Of a stretch of DNA of 64,000 nt, positions 52,720 through 62,955 are shown piece after piece. The DNA lies in the NCBI GenBank assembly GCA_040285745.1, contig JAUFOR010000003.1, positions 806,001-870,000 of the forward strand. Direction: 5' to 3'. Source of the stretch: Barthelona sp. PCE. Taxonomy: Eukaryota. The position numbers and the translations under genes were made by a program. Position 1 is the first letter of the stretch. Each line of letters opens with the position of its first letter. A model generated the notes under the pieces. The model was not told the DNA's origin. It ran no database searches and saw only the letters and a program-made list of their open reading frames with translations.

Positions 52720-54648
52720 ATGAATTATCTTGCGGATGTCAGAGAGGGATACTTGACATCGCTAGTGTATGGATTGGTTCGAGAACAGCGATATGCAGAA
52801 GTTATAGAAATTTGTAGCTACCATCTTTCCCTTGATCCAAAAAATCGGGCATGTCTGAGTCTCATCGGCTATTGCGCATACAATCTCGAGGACTATGATA
52901 AAGCAATCGAGTGTTACTCGACGCTTTCTTCTTTGCACCCAGAGAACTCAAATTACAGACTGTACTGGGCCCAGTCGCAGTATATGGCGGGCAACAGGCA
53001 GGATGCAGGCCGTACGCTTAGCTCAGTGAAGGCAGAAAGTTCCGCACAACAACATCACATCTCTCTCGTTAAAAGCTACATCCATTACGATGATGAAGAC
53101 TACCAATCGTGTAACAACATGCTGCAGCACTGCAATGTGGAGGACCCTGACGTCCGTGTGACCCGTGGATGTGTGGCCTTCCGCCAGGGAGACTTTAGGA
53201 CAGCACGAGAATTATTCGCGGATGCGCTGTCTGCCGGGTTCAAGTCTCAGCTCGCATACGCTGTTGCTCTTTGCGACTACAAGCTAGGAGAGATCGAGCT
53301 CTCATTACGCATGACTGGCAATATTAGAGAACATGGAATGAGGAATCACCCAGAGCTGGCGATAGGAAGCGCCATAGACATCACCCAGAGTGTGGGTAAC
53401 AGCAAGATCCTCACAGACACGGCGCTGATCGAGGCGTTCAACCTAAGGTGTGCCATCGAGTTCGATATGGGAAACGTGGAGCAGGCGTCCCTTGAGCTGG
53501 AGGAAATGCCACCCCGTGCGGAGGAGGAGCTAGACCCCGTCTCTTTGCATAATCAGGCCCTTGTTCTTTGCGATTTGGAACCAAACGATGCTGTGCGCAA
53601 ACTTTCGTTTTTATTAGGAAACCCACCTTTCCCACCGGAGACTTTCCCTAACCTACTTCTCCTATATCTTCAGAACGGGTTGTATGATGTTGCTGGTGAC
53701 ATTTTGAGCGAAAACGCAGATCTTCGTATGTCACTCCTCGATTTTGAGCTAAGTGAGCTCTTAAGCGCAATTGTAACAAGCGAGACCGCTCCAGAGGATG
53801 CTGTCTTCAGGCTAAAGAAACAAGCTGAGACAAAGGTTACAGCGCTAAGGAGGCAAACGAAGACAATGCAAGATGCACGTTTGGAGAGTGATCATGAAGC
53901 CGAGAAAGCAGCCTGCCACGACTATGACATATTGCTTGAGGGACTCACACCCCTTCTGATGAGCTGGTGCAAGGTGTACTGGAACCATAAGAATTGGGAG
54001 AAGGTCGAGCAGGTTTTGATGCAACATTCAGATTTCTGTGGAGAGGACCCGACCTGGCGTCTTAACATGGCGCATGCACTTTTCATGCAAGATAGGTGGC
54101 AGGAAGCCAGCGTCTTCTATTTGCCATTCTTCGAGAACGCCAATGCTGTACTTGATATTCCTGCAGCCGTGTTGGCCAACCTATGTGTGTGCTATGCAAT
54201 GACTGGTAGAAGAGACGAAGCTGAGGGTATTATTAACACAATTGATGATGAGGAGAAGCAACTCGTTGCCGCCGATCCACAAGCACAAGTGTACCACTTC
54301 TGTATCGTAAATCTTGTCATTGGTACACTTTACTGCTCAAAGGGTCAGTATGAGTTTGGAATCTCTAGAGTTCTTCGTTCCTTAGAACCTTTAGATCAGA
54401 GACTCAGTCCTGATACCTGGTTTTACTGTAAGAGGTGTCTTTCAGCACTCACATTGACTCTTGCAAAGCAGATGATCTTGCTAAAGGATACCACAATTGA
54501 TGATGTTGTGAAATTCCTAGATGCCACTTTAGTAGCCGGAGAGGGTATTTCAGTTGATGTTAACCCATTGCAGGAGAAGCAAACAACAGTGGCAGAAGAG
54601 GCCAGACTATTGAAAGAGTTTTTCGTTAAATATAGAGTTTCATTCTAA
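52720..54648 (+). CDS. TTC30: IFT70/TTC30 (Fleer/DYF-1)
   Basis: TPR repeats; MPPRAEEELDPVSLHN, PPFPPETFPNLLLLY, HFCIVNLVIGTLYCSKG; an upstream ATG at 52657 is possible. Confidence 0.93.
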   Translation: MNYLADVREGYLTSLVYGLVREQRYAEVIEICSYHLSLDPKNRACLSLIGYCAYNLEDYDKAIECYSTLSSLHPENSNYRLYWAQSQYMAGNRQDAGRTLSSVKAESSAQQHHISLVKSYIHYDDEDYQSCNNMLQHCNVEDPDVRVTRGCVAFRQGDFRTARELFADALSAGFKSQLAYAVALCDYKLGEIELSLRMTGNIREHGMRNHPELAIGSAIDITQSVGNSKILTDTALIEAFNLRCAIEFDMGNVEQASLELEEMPPRAEEELDPVSLHNQALVLCDLEPNDAVRKLSFLLGNPPFPPETFPNLLLLYLQNGLYDVAGDILSENADLRMSLLDFELSELLSAIVTSETAPEDAVFRLKKQAETKVTALRRQTKTMQDARLESDHEAEKAACHDYDILLEGLTPLLMSWCKVYWNHKNWEKVEQVLMQHSDFCGEDPTWRLNMAHALFMQDRWQEASVFYLPFFENANAVLDIPAAVLANLCVCYAMTGRRDEAEGIINTIDDEEKQLVAADPQAQVYHFCIVNLVIGTLYCSKGQYEFGISRVLRSLEPLDQRLSPDTWFYCKRCLSALTLTLAKQMILLKDTTIDDVVKFLDATLVAGEGISVDVNPLQEKQTTVAEEARLLKEFFVKYRVSF

Positions 54649-54752
54649 AACATCTCATACAATAATGTATAATGAAAGTAAACAAAGGTTTCCAATTTTT
54701 ATTCAAAAGTAAAAGCACCTGGTGCAGAAACCTGGGAAAATCCCAAAAAAAC

Positions 54753-55307
54753 TTACATCTTGGCGATACGCTCCTCAAGAGTCTTGGCACGACGGCGACG
54801 ACGGTCCCTGGTCTTGTTACGGAGAGCCTCAGCTTGCTTCTTGGTCTTCTCGAGACGAACTTGCTCGTTCTTAGCCTCGTGAATGTGCTCGAGCAGGTGA
54901 CGCTTGTTACGGAACTGGTTACCCTTGGAAGCCTTGTAAAGAGTAGCATACAAGTGCTTGTCGATCTTACCGGCATCACGATAACGACGGATCAAACGAC
55001 GGAGAACACGGGAACGACGCATCCAGAGGAGCTTGGAGGACATACGGGCGTTAGCAGTACCCTTTCTGGTACCGATACCACGGGAACGACCAGCTCTCTT
55101 ACGGAGAAGACGAGCCTTGATACGGGAACGAGTGACGGCGTTCTCGGGCTGCTTGCGGATGGTCTTGGAAGCAATCAAGCTACGGACGGAAGCACGGGTC
55201 TTGGCGGCACGGAGAACAGTGAGGTTCTCGGGGCTAAGCCAAACCTTCTTCTTACCGCACTTAAGGACAGAAGCGGCGAGGCGACGTTGCAATTTTAAGG
55301 AAACCAT
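54753..55307 (-). CDS. RPL19: 60S ribosomal protein L19
   Basis: LKLQRRLAASVLKCGKKKVWL, GTRKGTANARM, KGNQFRNKR. Confidence 0.97.
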   Translation of the reverse strand: MVSLKLQRRLAASVLKCGKKKVWLSPENLTVLRAAKTRASVRSLIASKTIRKQPENAVTRSRIKARLLRKRAGRSRGIGTRKGTANARMSSKLLWMRRSRVLRRLIRRYRDAGKIDKHLYATLYKASKGNQFRNKRHLLEHIHEAKNEQVRLEKTKKQAEALRNKTRDRRRRRAKTLEERIAKM

Positions 55308-55445
55308 GTTGTGTTTAAAGTGAGAATAGAAAAAAGAAGGTATTAAAAAACTTCTTTAACCGTACAGTGTTTAATAGTACTTTCAACTGTGTTTGCGGTG
55401 TTTAATCATACTATATAGCTTATACAGTATGTTGAATAGCTTACT

Positions 55446-56606
55446 ATGATATTGAACAAAACTAAAAGCGATTTTCCGTTCACAACCCTATCTATGCTAA
55501 TTCAGATGGACCCAGGCTCCATGGAGGCCTATGTAACCGCCCTTATTTACTTTTTGAACCTAGATGAGTTTCAGGTAAACTTGTCCTCATTTTTGGATGC
55601 AAACTGCATGCATTTCATTAATAGCACCCAGGAATCCAATACCCTGGTACAGGGCCAGATCTTCCATGATTACCAAAACGTTGTTGACGGACTTATTGAT
55701 GCATATTTAAATGAACTTGGAGTTCAACCAGATATGTTTTATGCCAACGTCAGCAACTACTATTTCTACTCCCAAAACCACCAAGTCAAATCGATGATCC
55801 ACCAGGTTATCTCATATCTCTTCAGCGTTGCCGATTTTTCCGCTTTCAAACAAATGATGTTTGTGCGTGCCATATCTATGCAATCTATGGCTATTCAACA
55901 GACTCTGACAGAATACAGGCTGGATAAGACCGAACGCCCATGGTTAATCGACGGAAAATTTGTTGAGCTTGACCCTGATATCGTTACAAACATGACAGAT
56001 CGCGAATTAGAGAGCTATTGTCTCTGTCAAGAGCTTCTTGGCAAGGAAGAGGAGAACAGAAAGATATTAGAAGAACAGCAGGTCGTTGACGATGATGATG
56101 ATGAACCTGATATTGAAGAAGAAGAGGTTGAGATAAAAGAAGAGCCTGAAGAGCCTGAAAAGGAGGAAAATGCTGAAGCTGAGGAAAAGGAACGTATGGA
56201 AGCAATTGCAAAAAGAGTTCTGCACAAGCGCGCTTCGAAGAAGGCTCAATCCAAATTCGGACTCGACGTCACAACAGAGGTTGAGGAAACACCCGAGCCT
56301 GTGCAACCAGTTACCAAACCAGTTACAAAACCAGTTACCAAACCAGTTACAAAACCAGTTACCAAACCAGTTGACTTAGTGCCACTTGAGGATATGGGAT
56401 CTTTAAATGAAACTGGTCCTCAACAGGACGATAACGCTCTCCTGCGCATGTTAGAGGATGATATTGTACTTGATCTTCCCGAAAACAAAAAAATCAAGAA
56501 TAGAGTAATGCCATTTGCGTTTAAGAGCTCACAATTGCCTTCATCGAGTGCGCTAAGCTCAAAGGCACAGGATATCATCAATCACAATCTATTAAAGATG
56601 GAGTAA
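55446..56606 (+). CDS. BART-domain protein (CFAP36/CCDC104-like); start may be 55494 or 55506
   Basis: FLDANCMHF..ESN..IFHDYQNVVDGLI..L.ELGV..ADFSAFKQMM. Confidence 0.72.
   Translation: MILNKTKSDFPFTTLSMLIQMDPGSMEAYVTALIYFLNLDEFQVNLSSFLDANCMHFINSTQESNTLVQGQIFHDYQNVVDGLIDAYLNELGVQPDMFYANVSNYYFYSQNHQVKSMIHQVISYLFSVADFSAFKQMMFVRAISMQSMAIQQTLTEYRLDKTERPWLIDGKFVELDPDIVTNMTDRELESYCLCQELLGKEEENRKILEEQQVVDDDDDEPDIEEEEVEIKEEPEEPEKEENAEAEEKERMEAIAKRVLHKRASKKAQSKFGLDVTTEVEETPEPVQPVTKPVTKPVTKPVTKPVTKPVDLVPLEDMGSLNETGPQQDDNALLRMLEDDIVLDLPENKKIKNRVMPFAFKSSQLPSSSALSSKAQDIINHNLLKME
56307..56372 (+). repeat. Coding 12-nt tandem repeat (PVTK x5.5)
   Basis: ccagttaccaaa and ccagttacaaaa alternate. Confidence 0.95.
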
Positions 56607-56642
56607 ACACACATTTTAAATTATTTTCTTTACTACACTTAA

Positions 56643-59600
56643 TTAACGATTCATGAGCTGCTGTGTCCACTTTTGCACCTGTCTGCGCACACGATGGTAC
56701 TCATTATCTGGCAATCCAAACATGTTCAAGCACTCCCATGAACATACAGTCTGCCCGTTTCTGAAAAGACGTAATGGAGCACCACGCTCGCGCTTACAGA
56801 CGCAACACGTGCCACGGGGACCTGAGAAATGCTCCCATTTGCGCCACTGGTCTTCAATGAGATAAGCTTGTTTGATGGCGTCTGCTTTTTCAAGACCATG
56901 GTCATAACACTTGCTCAAGAAAAGCAAACGTAACAATCTCTCGTTGTTTTGGCGTTCTTTCTCGAGAGCATACGATCTTGTGATCAAATACGCACACTCC
57001 TTACCGGTGGGGCCCAGATACGGAACATCTTTTGGTGGTGCTGGCTTTCTCCAACACGGAAAGATTGCTTTGAAGTCCATTGGCTCATCACCTTCATCAA
57101 TAATCTTTGGCATAAAGGAGCGCTCGGTTGAAATCAAAAGTTGCTTGGCGAGAGACAGAGCAGTCTCGCGCGTATGTGTAGGTGCAAAGCCACCGTTCCA
57201 CACAAACACAAGTCTACCACAGTCAACTATTGCTGTTCTGCCAGACTCTAAATGTACTTGATGAAAATCGATAATCTCCTCAAGGTACGGCGAGTTGCAA
57301 CGGTACTCCAGTGCGAAGAAACGCGGCTGTGCTGTGGGATCAACAAGATGCCTGGAGTTTGCGTATCTGTCATCTGCATTTTCAAAGAGTTCAAAAACGA
57401 GCTCCTCACCGTCATCAGCCTCCGAAACGACGCACCTCATCTCAATGTTGTCAAGCTCAGCAAAACACTCACCAATCGCACGTGCAACCGTTGATGCCGA
57501 TTCTGAAGCGCCCATTCCATTCCAAACTGAAATCTTCGCCTGACTCGACGTTACACAATAGCAGAACGTGTCCAACAGCAGAAGATCATCATCCTCAGCC
57601 TCGGAGACTGGAGGAACGTCCTGGAAATCAAAAAGAATATACGCACCATTTGAAGCAATCGACTTCTTGTTGAAGGGCACCGCGTAGCCGTGCGCTGTGA
57701 CGGGATCAATGCCCATCACCTTAAACATCATGCGGTGTTGCCCCTCGAGTGTCTTTGAGGCGTAAGGTTCATCATCGTAAACAAGCATTGTGCCTGAGAA
57801 CATCCTTAGGAACTCTCTTGACTCCTGCCCCTCATCCTCGATGTGGACAAATAGGTTATCTGTGTCGAGACCCTGCTCCTCCATGTTATCCTTGATCATA
57901 GGCAGCAGCTGGAAGAAGAATGTGACATAGCACTGGGGTGGAGCCCTCCTACCACGCCAATAGTAGACATGGTACTGTAAAAAGTCGTTCACCAGCTCTA
58001 TAAAGTTAACTACATAGCCACATCTGCTGTTAAATACACCGTGATGCGCTGGCATCACGCTATCAACCTCATTCAAGCGCATAACCTTGTACACCTCCAT
58101 TGAACCGTCTCTTTCATCCTCTTCTATGTCAAGAACTGCCTTGCGGGGCTGCGTCAGTGTCTTCAGCAACTCAGCTTCTTTCTCTTTCCTCTTTTGTTTC
58201 TTCAACTCAGCCAATTTGAGCTCTTCCTCCTCTCGGAGCTTGGCCTCCTCGGCCTCCTTGCGGCGCTCCTCAGCTAATATCTCCTCTTCAACCTCATGCC
58301 AGTCGGAGAAGTACATCTTAAACAGTGGATCTTCGGCGCGCGCCACCATTTTGATTACCTCAAGATCACTGAGTTCCAGGGGCATGTTCTGCTCCTCCCT
58401 CTCCGCTGCTACGACGTCTGATAGCTCTGTCGCAATGTTCACCATGCCGCCCTTCAGCCAATCATAAGCGAATCTTCCAAGCCACACAAACATGCACCAG
58501 CCTGTGCTCAACACGTAGCACTTATTGTTATCGAGCGTGCGCCTGGATATCTCAACCTCATCACAGTTGAGCTCTCCCTCCTCCTCATCAAAATCAACTT
58601 GATACAGTCGGATAAGAGACTTCATGTTTGCCTCAAAATCCTCATCAGAAATCTTCAGGTTGAACGGGATTCCACCTGCAGCGCCCCCGATAACCTCGAC
58701 AAACTCTCCTGCATAACGATCAATCGTGGTAACCTTAGGTTGGTTGGCTCTCCCCTTTGATATTGTCTGTGCAACGTCAAATGCATGTGTTTTCGCAGCA
58801 AAGGAGCAACCAAACGGTGTGTACAGCCAAACGTGATCCCATGTATCTACCACAAAAGCATCTTTTCTCGTCAGGCTCTTTCTGTTCATCTCCACCTCTA
58901 TAATATGCGCGCTCTTGCTTCCCTTCGACAGGAACAAGCGCGGGTTTCGATCAAGCCTACCGCTCTTCAGCACAGGAACGGGATCGCCTTCCTCAACTGT
59001 GAATTCACAAAGCATGCTATCTAGTTGGTTCAGTGATTCATAATGCTCAAATGAGCTGGCACCGAACTTGCCCTTCAGCAGACCAGCGTAGTGATAGCCA
59101 GCGGCCTGGTATGGCTTCTGTGAATGTTCACCCATGAGTAATACGACTCGAAACACCATTTCCTCTGGATCGTCTCCGTAGCTCAGAACAACAAGGTATA
59201 CCTGATTCGTTTTGAAGATCCAGTCGAACTCGAGTTCGTTGGTCGGGTCTGCAAGTAACTTTAGCGAGAAAGATTCAATGGTGTAGATGGTTGTACCTGC
59301 TTCTTCAATGTCAAAATCGATAGCGTCATCTTCGTCATCATCACTCTCCTCCTCGTACTCGCTCTCTTCCTCTTCTTCCCCTTTTTCCTCTTCTTCCTCT
59401 TCTTCCCCTTCTTCCTCTTCTTCCTCTTCTTCCTCTTCTTCCTCTTCTTCTTCAAGAGCTTCTTCAAGAGCTTCTTCAGGGACTGGTTCTTCTTCTTCAG
59501 GGACTGGTTCTTCTTCTTCAAGAGTTTCAGGAACTGGTTCTTCAACCTCATTCTCGGCCTCAGCTTCGTCAACAACTGGTACTAACTCCACCTGCTCAAT

Positions 59601-60071
59601 GATATCTTTCACAACTGCTTCAACCAACTCTTCCACTACTTCTTCCTCGGGTTCTTCCTCTGCTTCCTCCTCAAATGCAGCTTCCTCCACTTCAATATCA
59701 ACTTCTTTAACAGAAACGACATCAAGTAATGGATTTGGAATTTCCGGTACTGGAGATGGAGTTCGGGGCTCTGTGGGTGGCGGTGAAACGCCCTCAACTA
59801 ATAAAGATTCAAATGCTGCACGCCATCCATTAAAATTGGTTTCATTACAAAATACCGTCACGCTAACGCTCGTTGCATTAAGCTTAATCGGTATCTTGTT
59901 TCCTGTTGGGTTGTCTGGGACAATAAATGTCAAATTGTCAAGCAAATGTGTAGCGATAGGTGGTGCATGATCGTTTTCTTGCTCAAAAAACATAAGATAT
60001 GGGCCCGCAAGCACACTATAATACGATGAAGTCGAGAAAAACCCGCTTTTAACACTTAGGAATCCTCGCAT
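56643..60071 (-). CDS. PH-domain villin/gelsolin family protein
   Basis: N-terminal PH-like (MRGFLSVKSG...WRAAF); gelsolin repeats (DAFVVD, VWLGR, VYYWRG, FVWNG, EPMDFKAIFPCW); ATG at 60071. Confidence 0.85.
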   Translation of the reverse strand: MRGFLSVKSGFFSTSSYYSVLAGPYLMFFEQENDHAPPIATHLLDNLTFIVPDNPTGNKIPIKLNATSVSVTVFCNETNFNGWRAAFESLLVEGVSPPPTEPRTPSPVPEIPNPLLDVVSVKEVDIEVEEAAFEEEAEEEPEEEVVEELVEAVVKDIIEQVELVPVVDEAEAENEVEEPVPETLEEEEPVPEEEEPVPEEALEEALEEEEEEEEEEEEEEEGEEEEEEEKGEEEEESEYEEESDDDEDDAIDFDIEEAGTTIYTIESFSLKLLADPTNELEFDWIFKTNQVYLVVLSYGDDPEEMVFRVVLLMGEHSQKPYQAAGYHYAGLLKGKFGASSFEHYESLNQLDSMLCEFTVEEGDPVPVLKSGRLDRNPRLFLSKGSKSAHIIEVEMNRKSLTRKDAFVVDTWDHVWLYTPFGCSFAAKTHAFDVAQTISKGRANQPKVTTIDRYAGEFVEVIGGAAGGIPFNLKISDEDFEANMKSLIRLYQVDFDEEEGELNCDEVEISRRTLDNNKCYVLSTGWCMFVWLGRFAYDWLKGGMVNIATELSDVVAAEREEQNMPLELSDLEVIKMVARAEDPLFKMYFSDWHEVEEEILAEERRKEAEEAKLREEEELKLAELKKQKRKEKEAELLKTLTQPRKAVLDIEEDERDGSMEVYKVMRLNEVDSVMPAHHGVFNSRCGYVVNFIELVNDFLQYHVYYWRGRRAPPQCYVTFFFQLLPMIKDNMEEQGLDTDNLFVHIEDEGQESREFLRMFSGTMLVYDDEPYASKTLEGQHRMMFKVMGIDPVTAHGYAVPFNKKSIASNGAYILFDFQDVPPVSEAEDDDLLLLDTFCYCVTSSQAKISVWNGMGASESASTVARAIGECFAELDNIEMRCVVSEADDGEELVFELFENADDRYANSRHLVDPTAQPRFFALEYRCNSPYLEEIIDFHQVHLESGRTAIVDCGRLVFVWNGGFAPTHTRETALSLAKQLLISTERSFMPKIIDEGDEPMDFKAIFPCWRKPAPPKDVPYLGPTGKECAYLITRSYALEKERQNNERLLRLLFLSKCYDHGLEKADAIKQAYLIEDQWRKWEHFSGPRGTCCVCKRERGAPLRLFRNGQTVCSWECLNMFGLPDNEYHRVRRQVQKWTQQLMNR
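59340..59560 (-). repeat. Coding poly-Glu low-complexity tract
   Basis: (tcttcc)n on the + strand. Confidence 0.9.
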
Positions 60072-60366
60072 CGTTGAAAAAAAGAACAATAATCATAAAC
60101 AGACATCACGCGAAAAATATCTATGATCACAGAAGATCTGGAGAATATATATCCACCAAATGCAAGTAAGGCCGACAAAAATCAATCCTACGCAATTTAT
60201 CAGTAATTGGGTCATGACTTTGGATTTTTTTCTAACACAGTTTGGAAAATGTGTTTCACGCCTTGTTTTAGAGCACATGTGAAAAATGAACTGTCTAAAG
60301 TATCACTTTCCACTTTTCTCCCCCATATCTTCAACAACACCATCTCAACCCTTTTGAACACTTGCA

Positions 60367-61146
60367 ATGAGTCATGCAAAGCACAGATATGATGATATGA
60401 TGATCAGTATACTGCATGAGCTGCAAAAAGATATTGATATTCTAATCCAAAAAACGCCAGAGCCACAATATTTTGAGCATAACAGCAATGAATTCAGCTC
60501 CTTTATCAATGAAGCAGGTTTATTAGCTGAAAAAATGCATTTGTTTCAAGCTGTTGTTAGAACCCGTAGTTTATTCCCAATATCAAACAATGAACAACAG
60601 ACACCGTTCTCTTATCCCAAGCCACCAGCTTTCGAATTCGATAAATCTAGCAGTAGACCAGCTTATGATAGGTCTGCAAGCAGACCAATCTACGATAATG
60701 CCAGTAATGCCACATATTCAACACATAGCAATCCGCCTGTTGCGCAACCGGTTAATCCAGATGTAGAGGAAAGTTTTAGCACGTATATCTCAGATCCAGC
60801 AATTAATGCATCCCCTAATAAGGATATTTATTATGTTTGTCAAATTGAGATGCAAAACTTGTTGAATAATGATCCTTTTAAGAACTTTTATGATTTGGCA
60901 TCAAATGTAGAACACGTACAACCAAGTTATTGGCAGAAATTAATGGAATATTGTCAAGCTCTTGGTTTACCTAATCCAACTACCAAATATGCTCAATTAG
61001 GTCCAGTAGGGTTCAGATTAGAATTATCACATCCTAATATGAAGTTTAGGGTGTATGCAATTGCAAGAACAAAAAAATTAGCGAAAAAGTTGGGTGCTTG
61101 GATTTTGTATGAACAAAAGCATCGATTTGCTGGTTTCCAACTTTAG
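60367..61146 (+). CDS. Protein with C-terminal dsRNA-binding domain
   Basis: KLMEYCQALGLPNP...ARTKKLAKKLGAWILY fits the dsRBD pattern. Confidence 0.65.
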   Translation: MSHAKHRYDDMMISILHELQKDIDILIQKTPEPQYFEHNSNEFSSFINEAGLLAEKMHLFQAVVRTRSLFPISNNEQQTPFSYPKPPAFEFDKSSSRPAYDRSASRPIYDNASNATYSTHSNPPVAQPVNPDVEESFSTYISDPAINASPNKDIYYVCQIEMQNLLNNDPFKNFYDLASNVEHVQPSYWQKLMEYCQALGLPNPTTKYAQLGPVGFRLELSHPNMKFRVYAIARTKKLAKKLGAWILYEQKHRFAGFQL

Positions 61147-61357
61147 TGTTCTTTTCTTGTTCGAGATATATTTGACAGTATTATATGTTGAATTTATGCA
61201 TAAGCAAATGAAACAGTTGACTGTTTTTGTTTATGCACATATTTGACATATAATACTTATCACTGTGCGTATCTATATGTTATTAAATTTGTCAATAAAC
61301 AATAATGTTAACTCATATTTACACTTATCATTTTTTTCATCATTACAATCCAATTTT

Positions 61358-62503
61358 ATGGATGAAGAGGGCCTTGACCGGATCATAAATGCAATTTTAC
61401 CCAGTTTAACACTCGAAAGTTTCAGGAATCTCACTCTTTCATCACCAAAAATTGGTAAACGTCTTCTTTTTTTTGCTTGGGCGCTTCCTGCATGGGAATC
61501 GACTGTTCCTCTTCCACGTGCACTGCTGAAGCATAACTACCTTACTCATTTCTCTATATGTGCCAAAATTACCGAATTTCAGCCCAATCGTGACATTATT
61601 TTTCCATTTCCACATCAAGTCCTCCGTATAAAGCCGTTTGTCTCTGGGGACAGCTCTCTATTGGTCACACCTGCTTCGTTCTTTGTGTATAACTATAGAA
61701 TGGGTGTATTCCAGCCCATTGATTTTTTGACGGCGCAGGAGCTTTCAAAGAAGACAAGAATTATCCGCGGCGTCGTAGCGTCCCCCAACGGAACGCGTAC
61801 ACTGTTCGATACGGGAACAGGACACTTTTATTTGAAGAACGGTGAGCGTATCTCTACAAACAGCCGAATCATTTCTTTTCTGACAAAAAAACGAGTTATT
61901 CTTCACGAAAACGGTGTGTTAAGTGTCCGAGAGCTGTATAAAGCGAACAGGTTCTTTTCATGTCTTTTAGATCACAAATTGTTGCAAAAGAGAGTGTATG
62001 TTTCTCAACCTGTTGTTTGGATCGCAGATGATAACTGTATCTGGTGTGTAGATGTGGAAGCGGCCCCGGTGAGGTTCAAGACAGCTCTTGGTATACACGA
62101 TAGAATTGTTACAGCTTCGGAATGGGGTTGTCTTGTTGAAATTGATGACAGTTTTATTTTTTTGAGGCGTACCGCCCAAGACCTAACCTTAGATTTTTCC
62201 GTCGTTCACACGTGCTACTCTGCTGCCGTGGGTGTCGCAGCGCTGCTCAGTGATTCTGATGTTTATTTCGTTTCTGCAACAAGCGATGTCGTAATTGGCC
62301 CACAACTTCCCCACCTCATGTATGAAAAAGTGGTACTGCTGGCCAGCGGCATTGTCTTTGCGTATACTGGAAGCAGTGTAATTGTCTGTTATGGCGATAG
62401 CTTGTATGTTTTGGAAGACTACGTGTATACTGCCATTCACAAAATATCAGATTGTTGCTGCGCCTTAGAAACTGAAGATATTATACGTTTTGTGTCCTTC
62501 TAA
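61358..62503 (+). CDS. Hypothetical protein (possible F-box-like N-terminus plus beta-propeller)
   Basis: IINAILPSLTLESFRNLTLSS, then beta-rich sequence. Confidence 0.55.
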   Translation: MDEEGLDRIINAILPSLTLESFRNLTLSSPKIGKRLLFFAWALPAWESTVPLPRALLKHNYLTHFSICAKITEFQPNRDIIFPFPHQVLRIKPFVSGDSSLLVTPASFFVYNYRMGVFQPIDFLTAQELSKKTRIIRGVVASPNGTRTLFDTGTGHFYLKNGERISTNSRIISFLTKKRVILHENGVLSVRELYKANRFFSCLLDHKLLQKRVYVSQPVVWIADDNCIWCVDVEAAPVRFKTALGIHDRIVTASEWGCLVEIDDSFIFLRRTAQDLTLDFSVVHTCYSAAVGVAALLSDSDVYFVSATSDVVIGPQLPHLMYEKVVLLASGIVFAYTGSSVIVCYGDSLYVLEDYVYTAIHKISDCCCALETEDIIRFVSF

Positions 62504-62563
62504 GCATCAAATACAAAGTCAGATTTTTGAGCTTTTTTTTAGAAACCCACTGAAACAGCAATA

Positions 62564-62590
62564 AAACTGAAACTGAAACTGAAACTGAAA
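62564..62590 (+). repeat. (AAACTG)4.5 intergenic microsatellite
   Basis: Directly visible. Confidence 0.9.
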
Positions 62591-62955
62591 GGGGGTGTTT
62601 TTCCACCAAATGATATTGTGCACTGTACAAGTACTATCACAGAAAAAATCTCAGAATAGTAAATAAATTTTTTGAAATCTTGTAATGTTGAGATATATGC
62701 TCTTCTGCATGGTAACCGAACTGAAAACTTTATGGTTAGTGATGTCGAAGCTAAAATTTTTAAATCTCACTTCAGTAGGACAAAAGAATTGATTAGGCTC
62801 ATGACCACCTTTTTTCCCGATTCCAACTTGCTAAAGAAATGGGTAATCTTTCGTCAAACATCTTTGTTATTTTGAAAAAGTAGGAAAGCATCCCAATTAA
62901 AAGTTCCTTGTTTTACGTTTTTCAAACTCTTTTATTCTTATTTTTTACATTTTTG

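Noticed and set aside
62672-62875. 67-aa TTG-initiated ORF
   Set aside because: No recognisable motif and no convincing upstream exon.
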